In this document: positions 19,545 to 29,296 of the stretch, one piece after another | Layout of the letters: each line of letters opens with the position of its first letter | How positions within the stretch are numbered: the first letter of the stretch is position 1 | From: an uncultured Bacilli bacterium | Lineage (GTDB): Bacteria > Bacillota_I > Bacilli_A > RF39 > UBA660 | Direction: 5' to 3' | NCBI GenBank assembly: GCA_910576795.1 | Contig: CAJTIX010000004.1 | Coordinates: 647-64,646, forward strand | Length of the DNA: 64,000 nucleotides | Notes under the pieces: generated by a model | Told to the model about the DNA's origin: nothing | Seen by the model: the letters and a program-made list of their open reading frames with translations, nothing else | Databases searched by the model: none | Program-made: the position numbers and the translations under genes

Positions 19545-20564
19545 ATGACTAGAGTTGCGATTAATGGTTTTGGAAGAATTGGAAGACTTGTTTTTCGTAT
19601 TATAGAAGAAACACCTGATTTAGAAGTGGTTGCGATTAATGATTTAACAGATGCAGAGCAGTTAGCTTATCTATTAAAATATGATACATCTCACCGTGTA
19701 TATTTAAAAGAGGATATTTCATTTGAAGGAAATGAACTGATTGTAAAAGGAAGACACATTCCAGTTTATGCAGAAAAAGATCCTGCTAATTTGCCTTGGA
19801 GGAAACTTCAAGTAGATCAAGTATTTGAATGTACAGGTGTTTTTACAGAAAAGGAGAAAGCACATGCGCATATTGATGCGGGAGCAAAACATGTCATCAT
19901 ATCAGCACCAGCTAAGGGAGATTTAAAAACGATTGTATATCATGTCAATGAACAAATTTTAGATGGCAGTGAGGAAATCATTAGTGCGGCAAGTTGTACG
20001 ACCAATTGTTTGGCACCAGTGCTTTCTATTTTAGAGCATGAGTTTGGAATCCAATCTGGATACATGACGACGATACATGCATATACAGGCGATCAAGCTG
20101 TACTAGATGTGGCTCATAAAAAAGGAATTCGTTCACGTCGTGGTCGTGCTGCAGCTGCTAATATTGTTCCTACTTCAACAGGAGCAGCAAGTGCAATAGG
20201 AAAAGTAATTCCACAGCTAGAAGGAAAGCTAGACGGAAATGCGATACGTGTTCCAACAACAACTGGTTCTATGGTGGATTTGACATTGCGTCTTAACAAA
20301 AATGTAACAGTAGAGGAAATCAATCATTGTTTTGCAAGTAACCAAAACGAGACCATCCAATATACAGAAGATCCTATTGTATCCAGTGATATCATTGGAT
20401 CTCATACAGGAGCATTGGTAGATGGCTTACTGACAGATGTTCTTGAAGTAGATGGTGAACAACTTGTAAAAGTCGTTGCATGGTATGATAATGAAATGGG
20501 TTATAGTGCCCAGATGGTTAGAACAGCTATTTATTTAGCAGGTTGTACTCATAAGGAAATCTAA
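19545..20564 (+). CDS. gap: Glyceraldehyde-3-phosphate dehydrogenase.
   Basis: INGFGRIGR forms the NAD-binding site and ASCTTNCLAP is the active-site motif. Confidence 0.97.
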   Translation: MTRVAINGFGRIGRLVFRIIEETPDLEVVAINDLTDAEQLAYLLKYDTSHRVYLKEDISFEGNELIVKGRHIPVYAEKDPANLPWRKLQVDQVFECTGVFTEKEKAHAHIDAGAKHVIISAPAKGDLKTIVYHVNEQILDGSEEIISAASCTTNCLAPVLSILEHEFGIQSGYMTTIHAYTGDQAVLDVAHKKGIRSRRGRAAAANIVPTSTGAASAIGKVIPQLEGKLDGNAIRVPTTTGSMVDLTLRLNKNVTVEEINHCFASNQNETIQYTEDPIVSSDIIGSHTGALVDGLLTDVLEVDGEQLVKVVAWYDNEMGYSAQMVRTAIYLAGCTHKEI

Positions 20565-20585
20565 AATGATTCCTTTTTTGTTTGA

Positions 20586-20603
20586 GCAAATTTATAAATT
20601 TGC
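20586..20603. promoter_or_regulatory. Perfect 18-bp palindrome GCAAATTTATAAATTTGC, a candidate operator.
   Basis: It lies in the intergenic region between gap and the pilin-like gene. It is not followed by a T-run. Confidence 0.3.
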
Positions 20604-20657
20604 TTGATAAAAAAACGAAAAAGATATAAAATAAGAATAGTTAAATAGGTGGTTTAA

Positions 20658-21959
20658 ATGAAAAAAAAGGGTTTTACATTAATTGAATTATTGGGTATAT
20701 TTACCATACTAGCTGTTATTCTTTTGATTGCAGTTCCTTCTATTACAGGATTACTTAAAAAACAAAAGGAAAATCAATATCAAAGTTTTTTGAATAATAT
20801 CTTTTTGGCAACAGAGGCTTATTTACAAAGTAACTTAGAGAAATATACAAAAAATGAATATTATGATTTTTCTATAGAAGGGGACTATATTCATATTTAT
20901 TTAGGAGAATTAATGGAACATCAATTTTTAAATTCCAATACATATGATCCAAAAACAAAAGAGAGTATAAAAGACGAAAAAGACTATACGGTACGTGTCA
21001 CATTACAAGAGGATTTAACTTACCATTATGAATTATTTCCAGAAAAATTAGAACAACCAATTATTATGTATAATAATGCACTTCCTAAAAGGGATTATAA
21101 TATAGGGGAGACAATTGTATGGTCTGATTTAGAATGGTTGGTAATGTCTAATGATGACAGAAGTGTTACGATGATATTAAAAAATAATTATAAGACTGGA
21201 ATTTTTGGAGATAGTAATGAATGGAAGAATTCTACTGTTTATCAGACGTTAAATCAGAATTTAATCAATGGAAATGAAAAAATAAAAAATGCAATTAATG
21301 AAAGATCAGTTGTATATCAAGAACAAAGTGATTCTTATATTAGACTTCCATTTTATCAGGAGTTAAGCAAAAATATCCCTAATGGAAGTAATACTGCCTT
21401 TTGGACAATGAGTCCTTATGAAAATGGCTTGTATGTAGGAATTCCTACAGGCGAAAGTGCGATAGGATATATTGCTACAAAAAGTGGAACCTATTATGCA
21501 GGAGCACACTCTTCACTTTCCGTTATCACAAAATCATCTCCAACTGAGGTGGGACAGCAAGTTTTATTTCAACAACCAAATCAGGCAAGTATTACTTATA
21601 ATAAAAGTGCAAGTATTGTAAAGAGACCAACTACATATGCTGGTCAGGGAAACCATACTTCTGCTAAACCTAAAGATTATCCAGATTCTTATTGTGGAGC
21701 TTGTCCTAATGCATATTGTGGTGCGAGAAGTGTTACATATTATAATGATACATGTGGAAGTGGTAGCTACCCTTATTATGTATTACAGTCTTGGTATAAT
21801 CCCAATTATAATACTACTACACCAGGAGTTTCCTGTGCCTCTAATACTATCTATTATGCAAATGGAAATTGTAAAGACTTTTATCAATTGACAGGTGAGA
21901 CATATGAAATTGGATATCGTCCTGTTATTACTGTACGTAAACAAAGAACAGAAATATAA
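20658..21959 (+). CDS. Type IV pilin-like (prepilin N-terminal cleavage/methylation domain) protein with a large 400-aa C-terminal domain that is Cys-rich near its end.
   Basis: MKKKG|FTLIELL is a class III signal with G-1, F+1 and E+5. The C-terminal domain shares motifs with the C-terminus of the 26437 protein (FWTMSPY ... YYAG ... GYRPVITV). Confidence 0.7.
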   Translation: MKKKGFTLIELLGIFTILAVILLIAVPSITGLLKKQKENQYQSFLNNIFLATEAYLQSNLEKYTKNEYYDFSIEGDYIHIYLGELMEHQFLNSNTYDPKTKESIKDEKDYTVRVTLQEDLTYHYELFPEKLEQPIIMYNNALPKRDYNIGETIVWSDLEWLVMSNDDRSVTMILKNNYKTGIFGDSNEWKNSTVYQTLNQNLINGNEKIKNAINERSVVYQEQSDSYIRLPFYQELSKNIPNGSNTAFWTMSPYENGLYVGIPTGESAIGYIATKSGTYYAGAHSSLSVITKSSPTEVGQQVLFQQPNQASITYNKSASIVKRPTTYAGQGNHTSAKPKDYPDSYCGACPNAYCGARSVTYYNDTCGSGSYPYYVLQSWYNPNYNTTTPGVSCASNTIYYANGNCKDFYQLTGETYEIGYRPVITVRKQRTEI

Positions 21960-21991
21960 CAAATAACCAATTGGCAACAAAGGAGTGTGCT

Positions 21992-23176
21992 ATGAAAAAG
22001 ACAATTCGTGATTACAATTTAGAAAATAAAAGGGTGATCATCCGCGTAGATTTTAATATACCAATTCAAGATGGACAGATTATGGATGATACTCGAATTA
22101 AAGCTAGCTTACCTACTATTTTATATGCAATGGAAAAAGGCGCTAAAGTTATTTTGCTATCCCATTTAGGTAGAGTAAAAACAGAAGAAGATCTAGAACA
22201 ATATAATTTACAACCCGTGGCAAAACGTCTTAGTGAATTGTTAGACCAAGAAGTCATTTTTGTGAATCAAACAAGAGGTAACTTAGTGGAAGATGCCGTT
22301 TCAAAGTTAGAGAATGGACAAGTTTTATTACTACAAAATACACGTTATGAAGATCTGAATGGAAAAAAAGAAAGTAAAAATGATCCAGAATTGGGTGCAT
22401 ATTGGGCAAGTTTGGGTGATATATTTATCAACGATGCTTTTGGAACCAGTCATCGTGCACATGCTTCCAATGTTGGAATTGCGTCACATCTTCCAAATGG
22501 AATTGGATTCCTTATAGAAAAAGAATTAAATGCTTTTGAACCCATCTTAAATAACCCAGAACATCCTTTTACCGTAATCTTAGGTGGCGCTAAAGTCAGT
22601 GATAAAATAGAAGTCATTGAAAATCTGGTAAAACGAGCTGACCAAATATTAATTGGTGGTGGAATGGCTTATACCTTTCTAAAAGCAAGTGGACTTTCTA
22701 TCGGTAAATCGTTATGTGATGAAGAACATATAGATTACTGCAAAAATGTGATGAGACAATATCCAGATCAAATCGTATTACCAATTGATAGTGTGACTGC
22801 AAAGGAAATAAGTACAGATACTGAAATACAAGAAAGATTTATTAGTGATTTCAAGGAAGATGAAATAGGATTGGATATTGGATATAATACGATTAAACTG
22901 TTCTCCCAATACATCAAAAATAGCAAGACCATTCTTTGGAATGGACCTTTAGGAATGTTTGAATTAGATCCATTTCAGAAAGGGACAGAAGCTATTTGTA
23001 AGTTATTAAAAGACAGCAATGGAATTACAGTAGTTGGTGGCGGGGATACAGCTTCTGCTGTAGAAAATCTAGGATATGCAGAATTTATGACACATATTTC
23101 AACTGGTGGTGGGGCTTCACTAGAATTGCTTGAAGGGAAACAATTATCTGGAATCGAGATTATCCATGAAAAATAA
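21992..23176 (+). CDS. pgk: Phosphoglycerate kinase.
   Basis: RVDFNIP ... GGGMAYTF ... VGGGDTA. An AAGGAG RBS is present. Confidence 0.97.
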   Translation: MKKTIRDYNLENKRVIIRVDFNIPIQDGQIMDDTRIKASLPTILYAMEKGAKVILLSHLGRVKTEEDLEQYNLQPVAKRLSELLDQEVIFVNQTRGNLVEDAVSKLENGQVLLLQNTRYEDLNGKKESKNDPELGAYWASLGDIFINDAFGTSHRAHASNVGIASHLPNGIGFLIEKELNAFEPILNNPEHPFTVILGGAKVSDKIEVIENLVKRADQILIGGGMAYTFLKASGLSIGKSLCDEEHIDYCKNVMRQYPDQIVLPIDSVTAKEISTDTEIQERFISDFKEDEIGLDIGYNTIKLFSQYIKNSKTILWNGPLGMFELDPFQKGTEAICKLLKDSNGITVVGGGDTASAVENLGYAEFMTHISTGGGASLELLEGKQLSGIEIIHEK

Positions 23177-24179
23177 AAAATCCATTATTAATATTTTGAT
23201 TCTACTTTTGATTACAGGTTGTGTTTTATATTTTTCATTGAAAGATGACTTTGAAAATATTATCCATGAAATTATTACATTAAATCCACTTTGGTTTTTA
23301 GTAGCGATTTTCCTAGTCATCTGTTATTGGCTATTCAAAGCCATAGAAGTACATCATGTGATTTGTGACTTTAAACCAGACTATACCTTCAAACAAACAT
23401 TAAGACTTACATTATCCACCCAGTTTTTCAATGCTATTACACCGTTTGCTTCTGGTGGACAACCCTTTCAAATTTATATGCTAAATAAAAGTGGTATAAA
23501 GTTAACCGATAGTACCAATATTATTATTCAAAACTTTATTGTCTATCAAATCCCACTTGTTTTTTTGGGAATGATTGCTATTATATCCAACCATTTTGGA
23601 CACTTTTTTAAAGAGGTACATCTTCTAAAATACTTAGTAACAACTGGCTTTATTATTAACACCTTGGTGATTGTAGGTTTATTCATTATCGCATTTGCTA
23701 AAAAAACCAACAAAAGAATTATGCATTTGATAATCAAATTACTTAGTAAGTTACATTTAGTCAAAAATAAGGAACAAAAAGAAACAGAATTTGAAGAATA
23801 TATCAATCGATTTCATGCAGGTGCCAAATTACTTTTTCATAATAAAAAACAATTTCTTTCTTCAATTTTGTATAATTTAATTGCTTTAATCTGTCTATAT
23901 TTAATTCCAATTGCCTTATTATTTGCGATGAGAGATTATACCAGTATGAATGCCTTTCAAGTTTTGGTTACCAGTGCATATGTCATGTTAATTGGATCTT
24001 TTGTTCCTATTCCAGGTGGAACAGGTGGACTTGAATATGGTTTTATTGCCTTTTTTGGTAACTTTGTCGTTGGAAGTAAACTAAATGCTGTTATGCTTTT
24101 ATGGCGTGCAATTACATATTATTTTGGATTAATTGTAGGTGCAATTGCCTTTAATCTAAAGGGGAGAGAAGAAAAATGA
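23166..24179 (+). CDS. Flippase-like polytopic membrane protein (UPF0104 / lysyl-PG-synthase TM-region family).
   Basis: It has ~8 TM segments, overlaps the pgk stop, and is translationally coupled to the downstream GT4 gene. Confidence 0.55.
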   Translation: MKNKKSIINILILLLITGCVLYFSLKDDFENIIHEIITLNPLWFLVAIFLVICYWLFKAIEVHHVICDFKPDYTFKQTLRLTLSTQFFNAITPFASGGQPFQIYMLNKSGIKLTDSTNIIIQNFIVYQIPLVFLGMIAIISNHFGHFFKEVHLLKYLVTTGFIINTLVIVGLFIIAFAKKTNKRIMHLIIKLLSKLHLVKNKEQKETEFEEYINRFHAGAKLLFHNKKQFLSSILYNLIALICLYLIPIALLFAMRDYTSMNAFQVLVTSAYVMLIGSFVPIPGGTGGLEYGFIAFFGNFVVGSKLNAVMLLWRAITYYFGLIVGAIAFNLKGREEK

Positions 24180-25414
24180 GAATTGGAATATTTACAGATA
24201 CCTATCCACCATTTATCAATGGGGTATCCACAAGTATTTTAATGTTGGAAAAAGCTTTAAAGAAAAAAGGACATCAAGTGTTTATTGTGACGGTAAATCC
24301 TGAAAATATGTCCTATAAATATGAAAATTATGACCATATTATTCGAATTCCTGGAATTCCTATTGGGATTTATGATTATAGATTGACAGGGATTTATCCG
24401 ATTCGTGCCATTAATAAAATTAAAAAATGGAACTTAGATGTCATTCATTCCCATACTGAATTTGGAATTGGAACATTTGCCCGTATTATCGCAAAACAGT
24501 TGGATGTACCACTGGTTCATACGTATCATACGATGTATGAAGATTATGTACATTATATTACAAAAGGTCATTTTGATAGATCTAGTAAAAAAGTGGTCGA
24601 ATATTTAACCAAATTTTACTGTGACAAAACAGCAAGTGAATTAATTGTTCCAAGTAAAAAAACATATGATTTATTTAAAGAAAAATATAAATTTGAAAAA
24701 AATATTCATATTGTTCCAACCGGAATTGATGTAGAACGGTTTTATAGGGAACGACTCAAACATGATGAATTGCTTTCCATTAAACAAGAATTAGGTCTAA
24801 AACCAGAAGACTTTGTCATTATTTATGTGGGTCGACTTGCCAAGGAAAAAAGTGTAGAAGTATTACTAGAATCACAAGTTGGACTTGTCAAAAAATATCC
24901 ACATTGTAAGTTAGTAATCGTCGGTAGTGGACCTGATTATGAACATTTTATTCAAATGAGTATAGATTTAGGAATTGCTGATTCTGTAATTTTTACCAAT
25001 GCGATTGCTTGGGAAGAAGTACCAAATTATTATGGGATTGCCGATGTTTTTGCGACCGCATCCAAAACAGAAACACAGGGACTTACAGTAGTTGAGGCCA
25101 TGGCAGCTTCTTTACCTGTTGTTTGTGTAGAAGATGAAAGCTTTAAAAATGTTGTAGTGGATGGATTAAATGGATATTTATTTCAGACAAAAAGGCAATA
25201 TCGAACTTGTATGGAATCTTTGATGGAAGATAAAGAAAAATTATTCCATATGCAAAAGCAGGCACGTATTACTGCAGATGAACATTCTCTTAAATATTAT
25301 GCCGAAAAAGTATTAGACGTATATCATAGTGCTTTAGAAGCGAAACGTAATGAGAAGAAATTTATTGATAAAGTTAAGGATGTTGTCAAGCGTGGGTTTG
25401 ATGATAAACCCTAA
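24176..25414 (+). CDS. GT4-family glycosyltransferase, similar to 1,2-diacylglycerol 3-glucosyltransferase (glycolipid synthase).
   Basis: MRIGIFTDTYPPFINGV at the N-terminus and an E-x7-E-like C-terminal GT-B fold. Confidence 0.7.
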   Translation: MRIGIFTDTYPPFINGVSTSILMLEKALKKKGHQVFIVTVNPENMSYKYENYDHIIRIPGIPIGIYDYRLTGIYPIRAINKIKKWNLDVIHSHTEFGIGTFARIIAKQLDVPLVHTYHTMYEDYVHYITKGHFDRSSKKVVEYLTKFYCDKTASELIVPSKKTYDLFKEKYKFEKNIHIVPTGIDVERFYRERLKHDELLSIKQELGLKPEDFVIIYVGRLAKEKSVEVLLESQVGLVKKYPHCKLVIVGSGPDYEHFIQMSIDLGIADSVIFTNAIAWEEVPNYYGIADVFATASKTETQGLTVVEAMAASLPVVCVEDESFKNVVVDGLNGYLFQTKRQYRTCMESLMEDKEKLFHMQKQARITADEHSLKYYAEKVLDVYHSALEAKRNEKKFIDKVKDVVKRGFDDKP

Positions 25415-25461
25415 TAGTAGTAAGTTGTAAGAAGTTGTTTGATTTTCAACTTCTTTCTTTT

Positions 25462-25468
25462 TTCGACA
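25462..25468 (-). promoter_or_regulatory. Spo0A-box-like sequence (TGTCGAA on the - strand) upstream of spo0A.
   Basis: ttTTCGACAaa lies ~95 nt upstream of the spo0A start. Confidence 0.3.
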
Positions 25469-25559
25469 AAACTAGCTAATTTTTTCTCTAGTAAAGTAAG
25501 TGTATAGTGTAGTATAATAAATCAAGATAAGCAGTATAGATTTAGAAAGGAAGACAGAA

Positions 25560-26330
25560 ATGAAACATACCAGAGTACTTATGATAGACGACAATGTAAA
25601 TTTAGTCGAAATGGTCAAGGAGTATTTTAGTAGTAGTGAACAAATTAGTATTGATTTAGTGGCTTATGATGGACAGGAGGGTATGCAGATTATTGAAAAT
25701 CAACAAGATGATTATGATTTGATTTTATTGGATTTGATCATGCCTAAAAAAGATGGAATGTATGTATTAGAAGAAATGAAAACGAGAGGAATAGATAAGA
25801 AAGTCATTGTTGCAACAAGCTATAATGCCAGTGATATTATCCGTGAAGTTTCTGAATATGGAGTCAATTATTTTTTATTAAAACCATTCGAACTTTCTGA
25901 CTTACAAAAAAGAATTATGGAAGCGACCAAAAGTAACAATGGGCAAAATAAAAATATCGACTTTTATCATAACAATTTACAAATTTCTATTACAAAGATT
26001 TTGCACGAATTAGGAATTCCTTCTCATATTAAAGGATATCAATATATTCGAGAAGGGATTGGAATTATCTATGAAAGACCAGAAACCATTGGTGGAATCA
26101 CAAAAGAATTGTATCCAGAACTTGCTTCCAAATTTGATACAACCGTATCTCGTGTAGAACGTGCGATTCGTCATGCGATAGAGGTAAGTTGGAATCGTGG
26201 CAATTGGGATTTGATGGAAGAAATTTTTGGACATAGTGTCGATATTGATAAAGCAAAACCGACCAATTCAGAATTTATTGTTACCATTGCAGATAAATTA
26301 AAATTAGAAGGAAATAAAATAGGGGCATAG
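25560..26330 (+). CDS. spo0A: Sporulation master regulator Spo0A.
   Basis: It has a REC domain (DD ... D ... K). The Spo0A_C signature is [15 protein letters not shown] ... [17 protein letters not shown] ... [10 protein letters not shown]. Confidence 0.93.
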   Translation: MKHTRVLMIDDNVNLVEMVKEYFSSSEQISIDLVAYDGQEGMQIIENQQDDYDLILLDLIMPKKDGMYVLEEMKTRGIDKKVIVATSYNASDIIREVSEYGVNYFLLKPFELSDLQKRIMEATKSNNGQNKNIDFYHNNLQISITKILHELGIPSHIKGYQYIREGIGIIYERPETIGGITKELYPELASKFDTTVSRVERAIRHAIEVSWNRGNWDLMEEIFGHSVDIDKAKPTNSEFIVTIADKLKLEGNKIGA

Positions 26331-26436
26331 GAATATGTCTTTTTTGATGAATCCAATATGTAAAATTCACTGTAATATGATAAAAATGCAATACTTTTTG
26401 TACAAAAATGGTCAAATTTAGGTATAATAAGAAAAG

Positions 26437-29289
26437 ATGGAGATGATTGCCTTGAAACCAGTTCTACTTTGTATATTAGATGGTGTTGGTATGCGAAAAG
26501 AAACTTACGGAAATGCCTTTGCACAAGCGAAAACACCTCATTTTGATCATTTATGGAAAAAGTATCCACATAGTTTTTTAGAGGCAAGTGGTACTTTTGT
26601 GGGCCTTCCAGAAGGGCAAATGGGCAATAGTGAAGTAGGACACTTAAATATTGGCGCAGGTAGAGTGGTTTACCAACCATTGCAATTGATCACTCAATCT
26701 ATTAAAGATAAAACGTTTTTTGAAAATGAAAAGCTGTTAGAAATCATTCGTCATGTAAAAGAAAATCATTCTCGGTTGCAAGTATTTGGCTTACTCAGTG
26801 ATGGTGGAATTCACTCTCATATAGACCATTTGATGGCAATCATTGATCTGTGTCAAAAAGAAAATATGCATGATGTTTATTTTCATATATTTACAGATGG
26901 TAGAGATACTCTAACCAATGTCGCACTTACTTATTTGGATCAGCTAAATGAAAAAATCAAAGAAACTGGAATTGGTAAAATCGCAACGATTACTGGTAGA
27001 TATTATGCGATGGATCGTGACAATCGTTATGAGCGTATTCAAAAAGCATATGATGCTTGTGTAAAAGGAATTGGCGAAAAATTTGAAACTTATCAAGAGG
27101 CGATTCAACATAATTATGAAAAAGGAATTACAGATGAATTTATCGAACCTGCTATACTAGATGGCAATGGTTGTGTCAAAAAAGGAGATGGTTTGCTTGT
27201 ATTCAATTACAGACCAGACCGTTTACGTGAACTTTTTTCGGCATTCACGAATCCTAAATTCAAAGGATTTAAAAGAAAAAAACTTGCGAATATAAAATTG
27301 GTTACCATGATGCCTGTCAGTGATGAAGTCATATCTGAACCGGCTTTTACGAATGAAAAATTAGATAATACGCTAGGAGAATATGTAAGTAAACAGGGAT
27401 TCAAACAATTACGCATTGCCGAAACAGAAAAATATGCACACGTAACTTATTTTTTTGATGGTGGTGAAGAAAAAGAACTTGGAAGTTGTGACCGTATTTT
27501 AATTCCATCTCCTAAAGTCGCAACATATGATTTATCTCCTAGTATGAGCGCAAATGAAATCACAGATACATTACTTGCGAAATTAGATGAAGAACGTTAT
27601 GACTTAATTGTTCTTAATTTTGCAAATGGAGATATGTTAGGACATACTGGAAATATGGAAGCCACCATCCAAAGTTTGGAAATTGTAGATACTTGTTTGG
27701 GGAAATTGTACCAAAAAATAAAAGAAAAAAATGGTGTACTTGTCGTAACAGCAGATCATGGAAATTGTGAAATAATGCTAGATGAAAATCACAACAAAGT
27801 GACTGCTCATACTACCAGTTTGGTTCCTTTTATTGTAACCAAATCGGATATTCGTTTACAGGATGGGAAACTTTCTGATATCGCACCAACAGTACTGTCT
27901 TTATTGGGACTTAGCATTCCAGCAGAAATGACAGGGAACAGTTTATTACAGGAACCTAAGAAGAAATTGGGCTTTCGTTTCTGGTTTATTTTGTTGTCAT
28001 GTGTATTTTTAATCGGTCTTGTTTTGAACTATGGATATCGTTTTTATCATTTTTACCATTTAGACCACCAAGCAGGGAATGCACAAACAAGTACATTACA
28101 TGATACTATTTTACATAATTCTCCTTTGGTTACCAGTGGAGATGGGCTTTATTTTGATCAAGATAAATATGTATTTAAAGGTATGGTCGAAACAAATTAT
28201 GTATATTATTCTAATCGTTATTTTCGTATCGTACGTGTGAATACAGATGGCTCAATTGTTTTGATTTCAGATGATATTGTAACTTCCATGGTATGGAATT
28301 ATAAAGATAGTGACTATAGCAATTCCTATATCCGTAGTTGGTTAAATAAGGGTGAAGAAGAACATACAGGCATTTTCTATCATAGTCTAGAAAATCCAGA
28401 TGCTTATATTATGGAGAGTTCTTATTGTGTCGATGCGGTAGATGGGGAAAATCTCACTTGTGAGAATACAGTGACCGATCAAGTGGGACTACTTAGCATT
28501 ACCGAATATAAAGATGCCCTTGCCCATCATAGTTATTTAAATATCGGTAAATACTGGTGGACAAGTAATCCTTCAATAGACGGACAAGTATGGTATGTAT
28601 TCAGTAAAGGTGGAATTCATTCTAAATCCAATATGAATGATGCCTATTATGCATATGGAGTACGTCCCGTCATTACCCTGAAACCAGAAGTTCATTTTGT
28701 AAGCGGAAATGGTAGTAAAGAGGATCCATATCGAATTACTGTTCCAAGCCAGCAACTCAGTATTGGAAGTTATGTAACATGGAACGATAGTATATGGAAG
28801 GTACTTGATATTACGGATCAAGACATTCGATTGATGAGAAATGAAGTACTCACGATTGATTCCAAAACAGTATCTCGCATTTTTTCCAACCGTTCGAATC
28901 GCTATGACCCAAATGATGTAGGTTCTTTAGCGTATTATCTCAACCATAATTATCTGCAGTCACTATCCAATTCTTCTTTACTCGTAGATGCTTTATGGTA
29001 TAATGGAACTTATGGAGATTCTTACAATTATCAAAATGTATATGGAAGTGAAGTACAAGCAAAAGTAGGACTTGTAGCTATTGGAAATCTTTATGGAGAT
29101 ACGGATCAATCTTTTGTTACGATGACAGGAATGCATGATGATTTACTTTACTTTGTTTCAGAACAAGGAATGTTATCTACTGCCGATATTGAAACAGAAT
29201 TTTCTGTAAAACCAGTTGTTGCGATTTCGAAATCAGTACAAATTTTGAGTGGTAATGGTAGTAAAGAGGATCCATTTGTGATAGGTTAG
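26437..29289 (+). CDS. gpmI: 2,3-bisphosphoglycerate-independent phosphoglycerate mutase (aa 1-505) fused in frame to a TM helix plus a ~440-aa extracellular domain with two SGNGSKEDP[YF] repeats.
   Basis: The GpmI motifs are ILDGVG ... NSEVGHLN ... TADHGN. There is no stop after ...MTGNSLLQE. The ORF continues PKKKLGFRFWFILLSCVFLIGLV (TM) and then a domain paralogous to the C-terminus of the 20658 protein. Confidence 0.8.
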   Translation: MEMIALKPVLLCILDGVGMRKETYGNAFAQAKTPHFDHLWKKYPHSFLEASGTFVGLPEGQMGNSEVGHLNIGAGRVVYQPLQLITQSIKDKTFFENEKLLEIIRHVKENHSRLQVFGLLSDGGIHSHIDHLMAIIDLCQKENMHDVYFHIFTDGRDTLTNVALTYLDQLNEKIKETGIGKIATITGRYYAMDRDNRYERIQKAYDACVKGIGEKFETYQEAIQHNYEKGITDEFIEPAILDGNGCVKKGDGLLVFNYRPDRLRELFSAFTNPKFKGFKRKKLANIKLVTMMPVSDEVISEPAFTNEKLDNTLGEYVSKQGFKQLRIAETEKYAHVTYFFDGGEEKELGSCDRILIPSPKVATYDLSPSMSANEITDTLLAKLDEERYDLIVLNFANGDMLGHTGNMEATIQSLEIVDTCLGKLYQKIKEKNGVLVVTADHGNCEIMLDENHNKVTAHTTSLVPFIVTKSDIRLQDGKLSDIAPTVLSLLGLSIPAEMTGNSLLQEPKKKLGFRFWFILLSCVFLIGLVLNYGYRFYHFYHLDHQAGNAQTSTLHDTILHNSPLVTSGDGLYFDQDKYVFKGMVETNYVYYSNRYFRIVRVNTDGSIVLISDDIVTSMVWNYKDSDYSNSYIRSWLNKGEEEHTGIFYHSLENPDAYIMESSYCVDAVDGENLTCENTVTDQVGLLSITEYKDALAHHSYLNIGKYWWTSNPSIDGQVWYVFSKGGIHSKSNMNDAYYAYGVRPVITLKPEVHFVSGNGSKEDPYRITVPSQQLSIGSYVTWNDSIWKVLDITDQDIRLMRNEVLTIDSKTVSRIFSNRSNRYDPNDVGSLAYYLNHNYLQSLSNSSLLVDALWYNGTYGDSYNYQNVYGSEVQAKVGLVAIGNLYGDTDQSFVTMTGMHDDLLYFVSEQGMLSTADIETEFSVKPVVAISKSVQILSGNGSKEDPFVIG

Positions 29290-29296
29290 GTGTTGT

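Noticed and set aside
21637-21891. ORF-track CDS (84 aa) inside the pilin-like gene in another frame. The same applies to the many 60-90 aa ORFs inside ezrA, gap, pgk, gpmI, dus, jetC and others.
   Set aside because: They are alternative-frame or antisense artefacts nested in strongly supported genes.
26437-29289. Dismissing the GpmI-extracellular-domain fusion as an ORF-caller artefact.
   Set aside because: Not rejected. The frame is genuinely continuous in the given sequence, so it is kept as a finding. It cannot be distinguished from a sequencing indel without reads.
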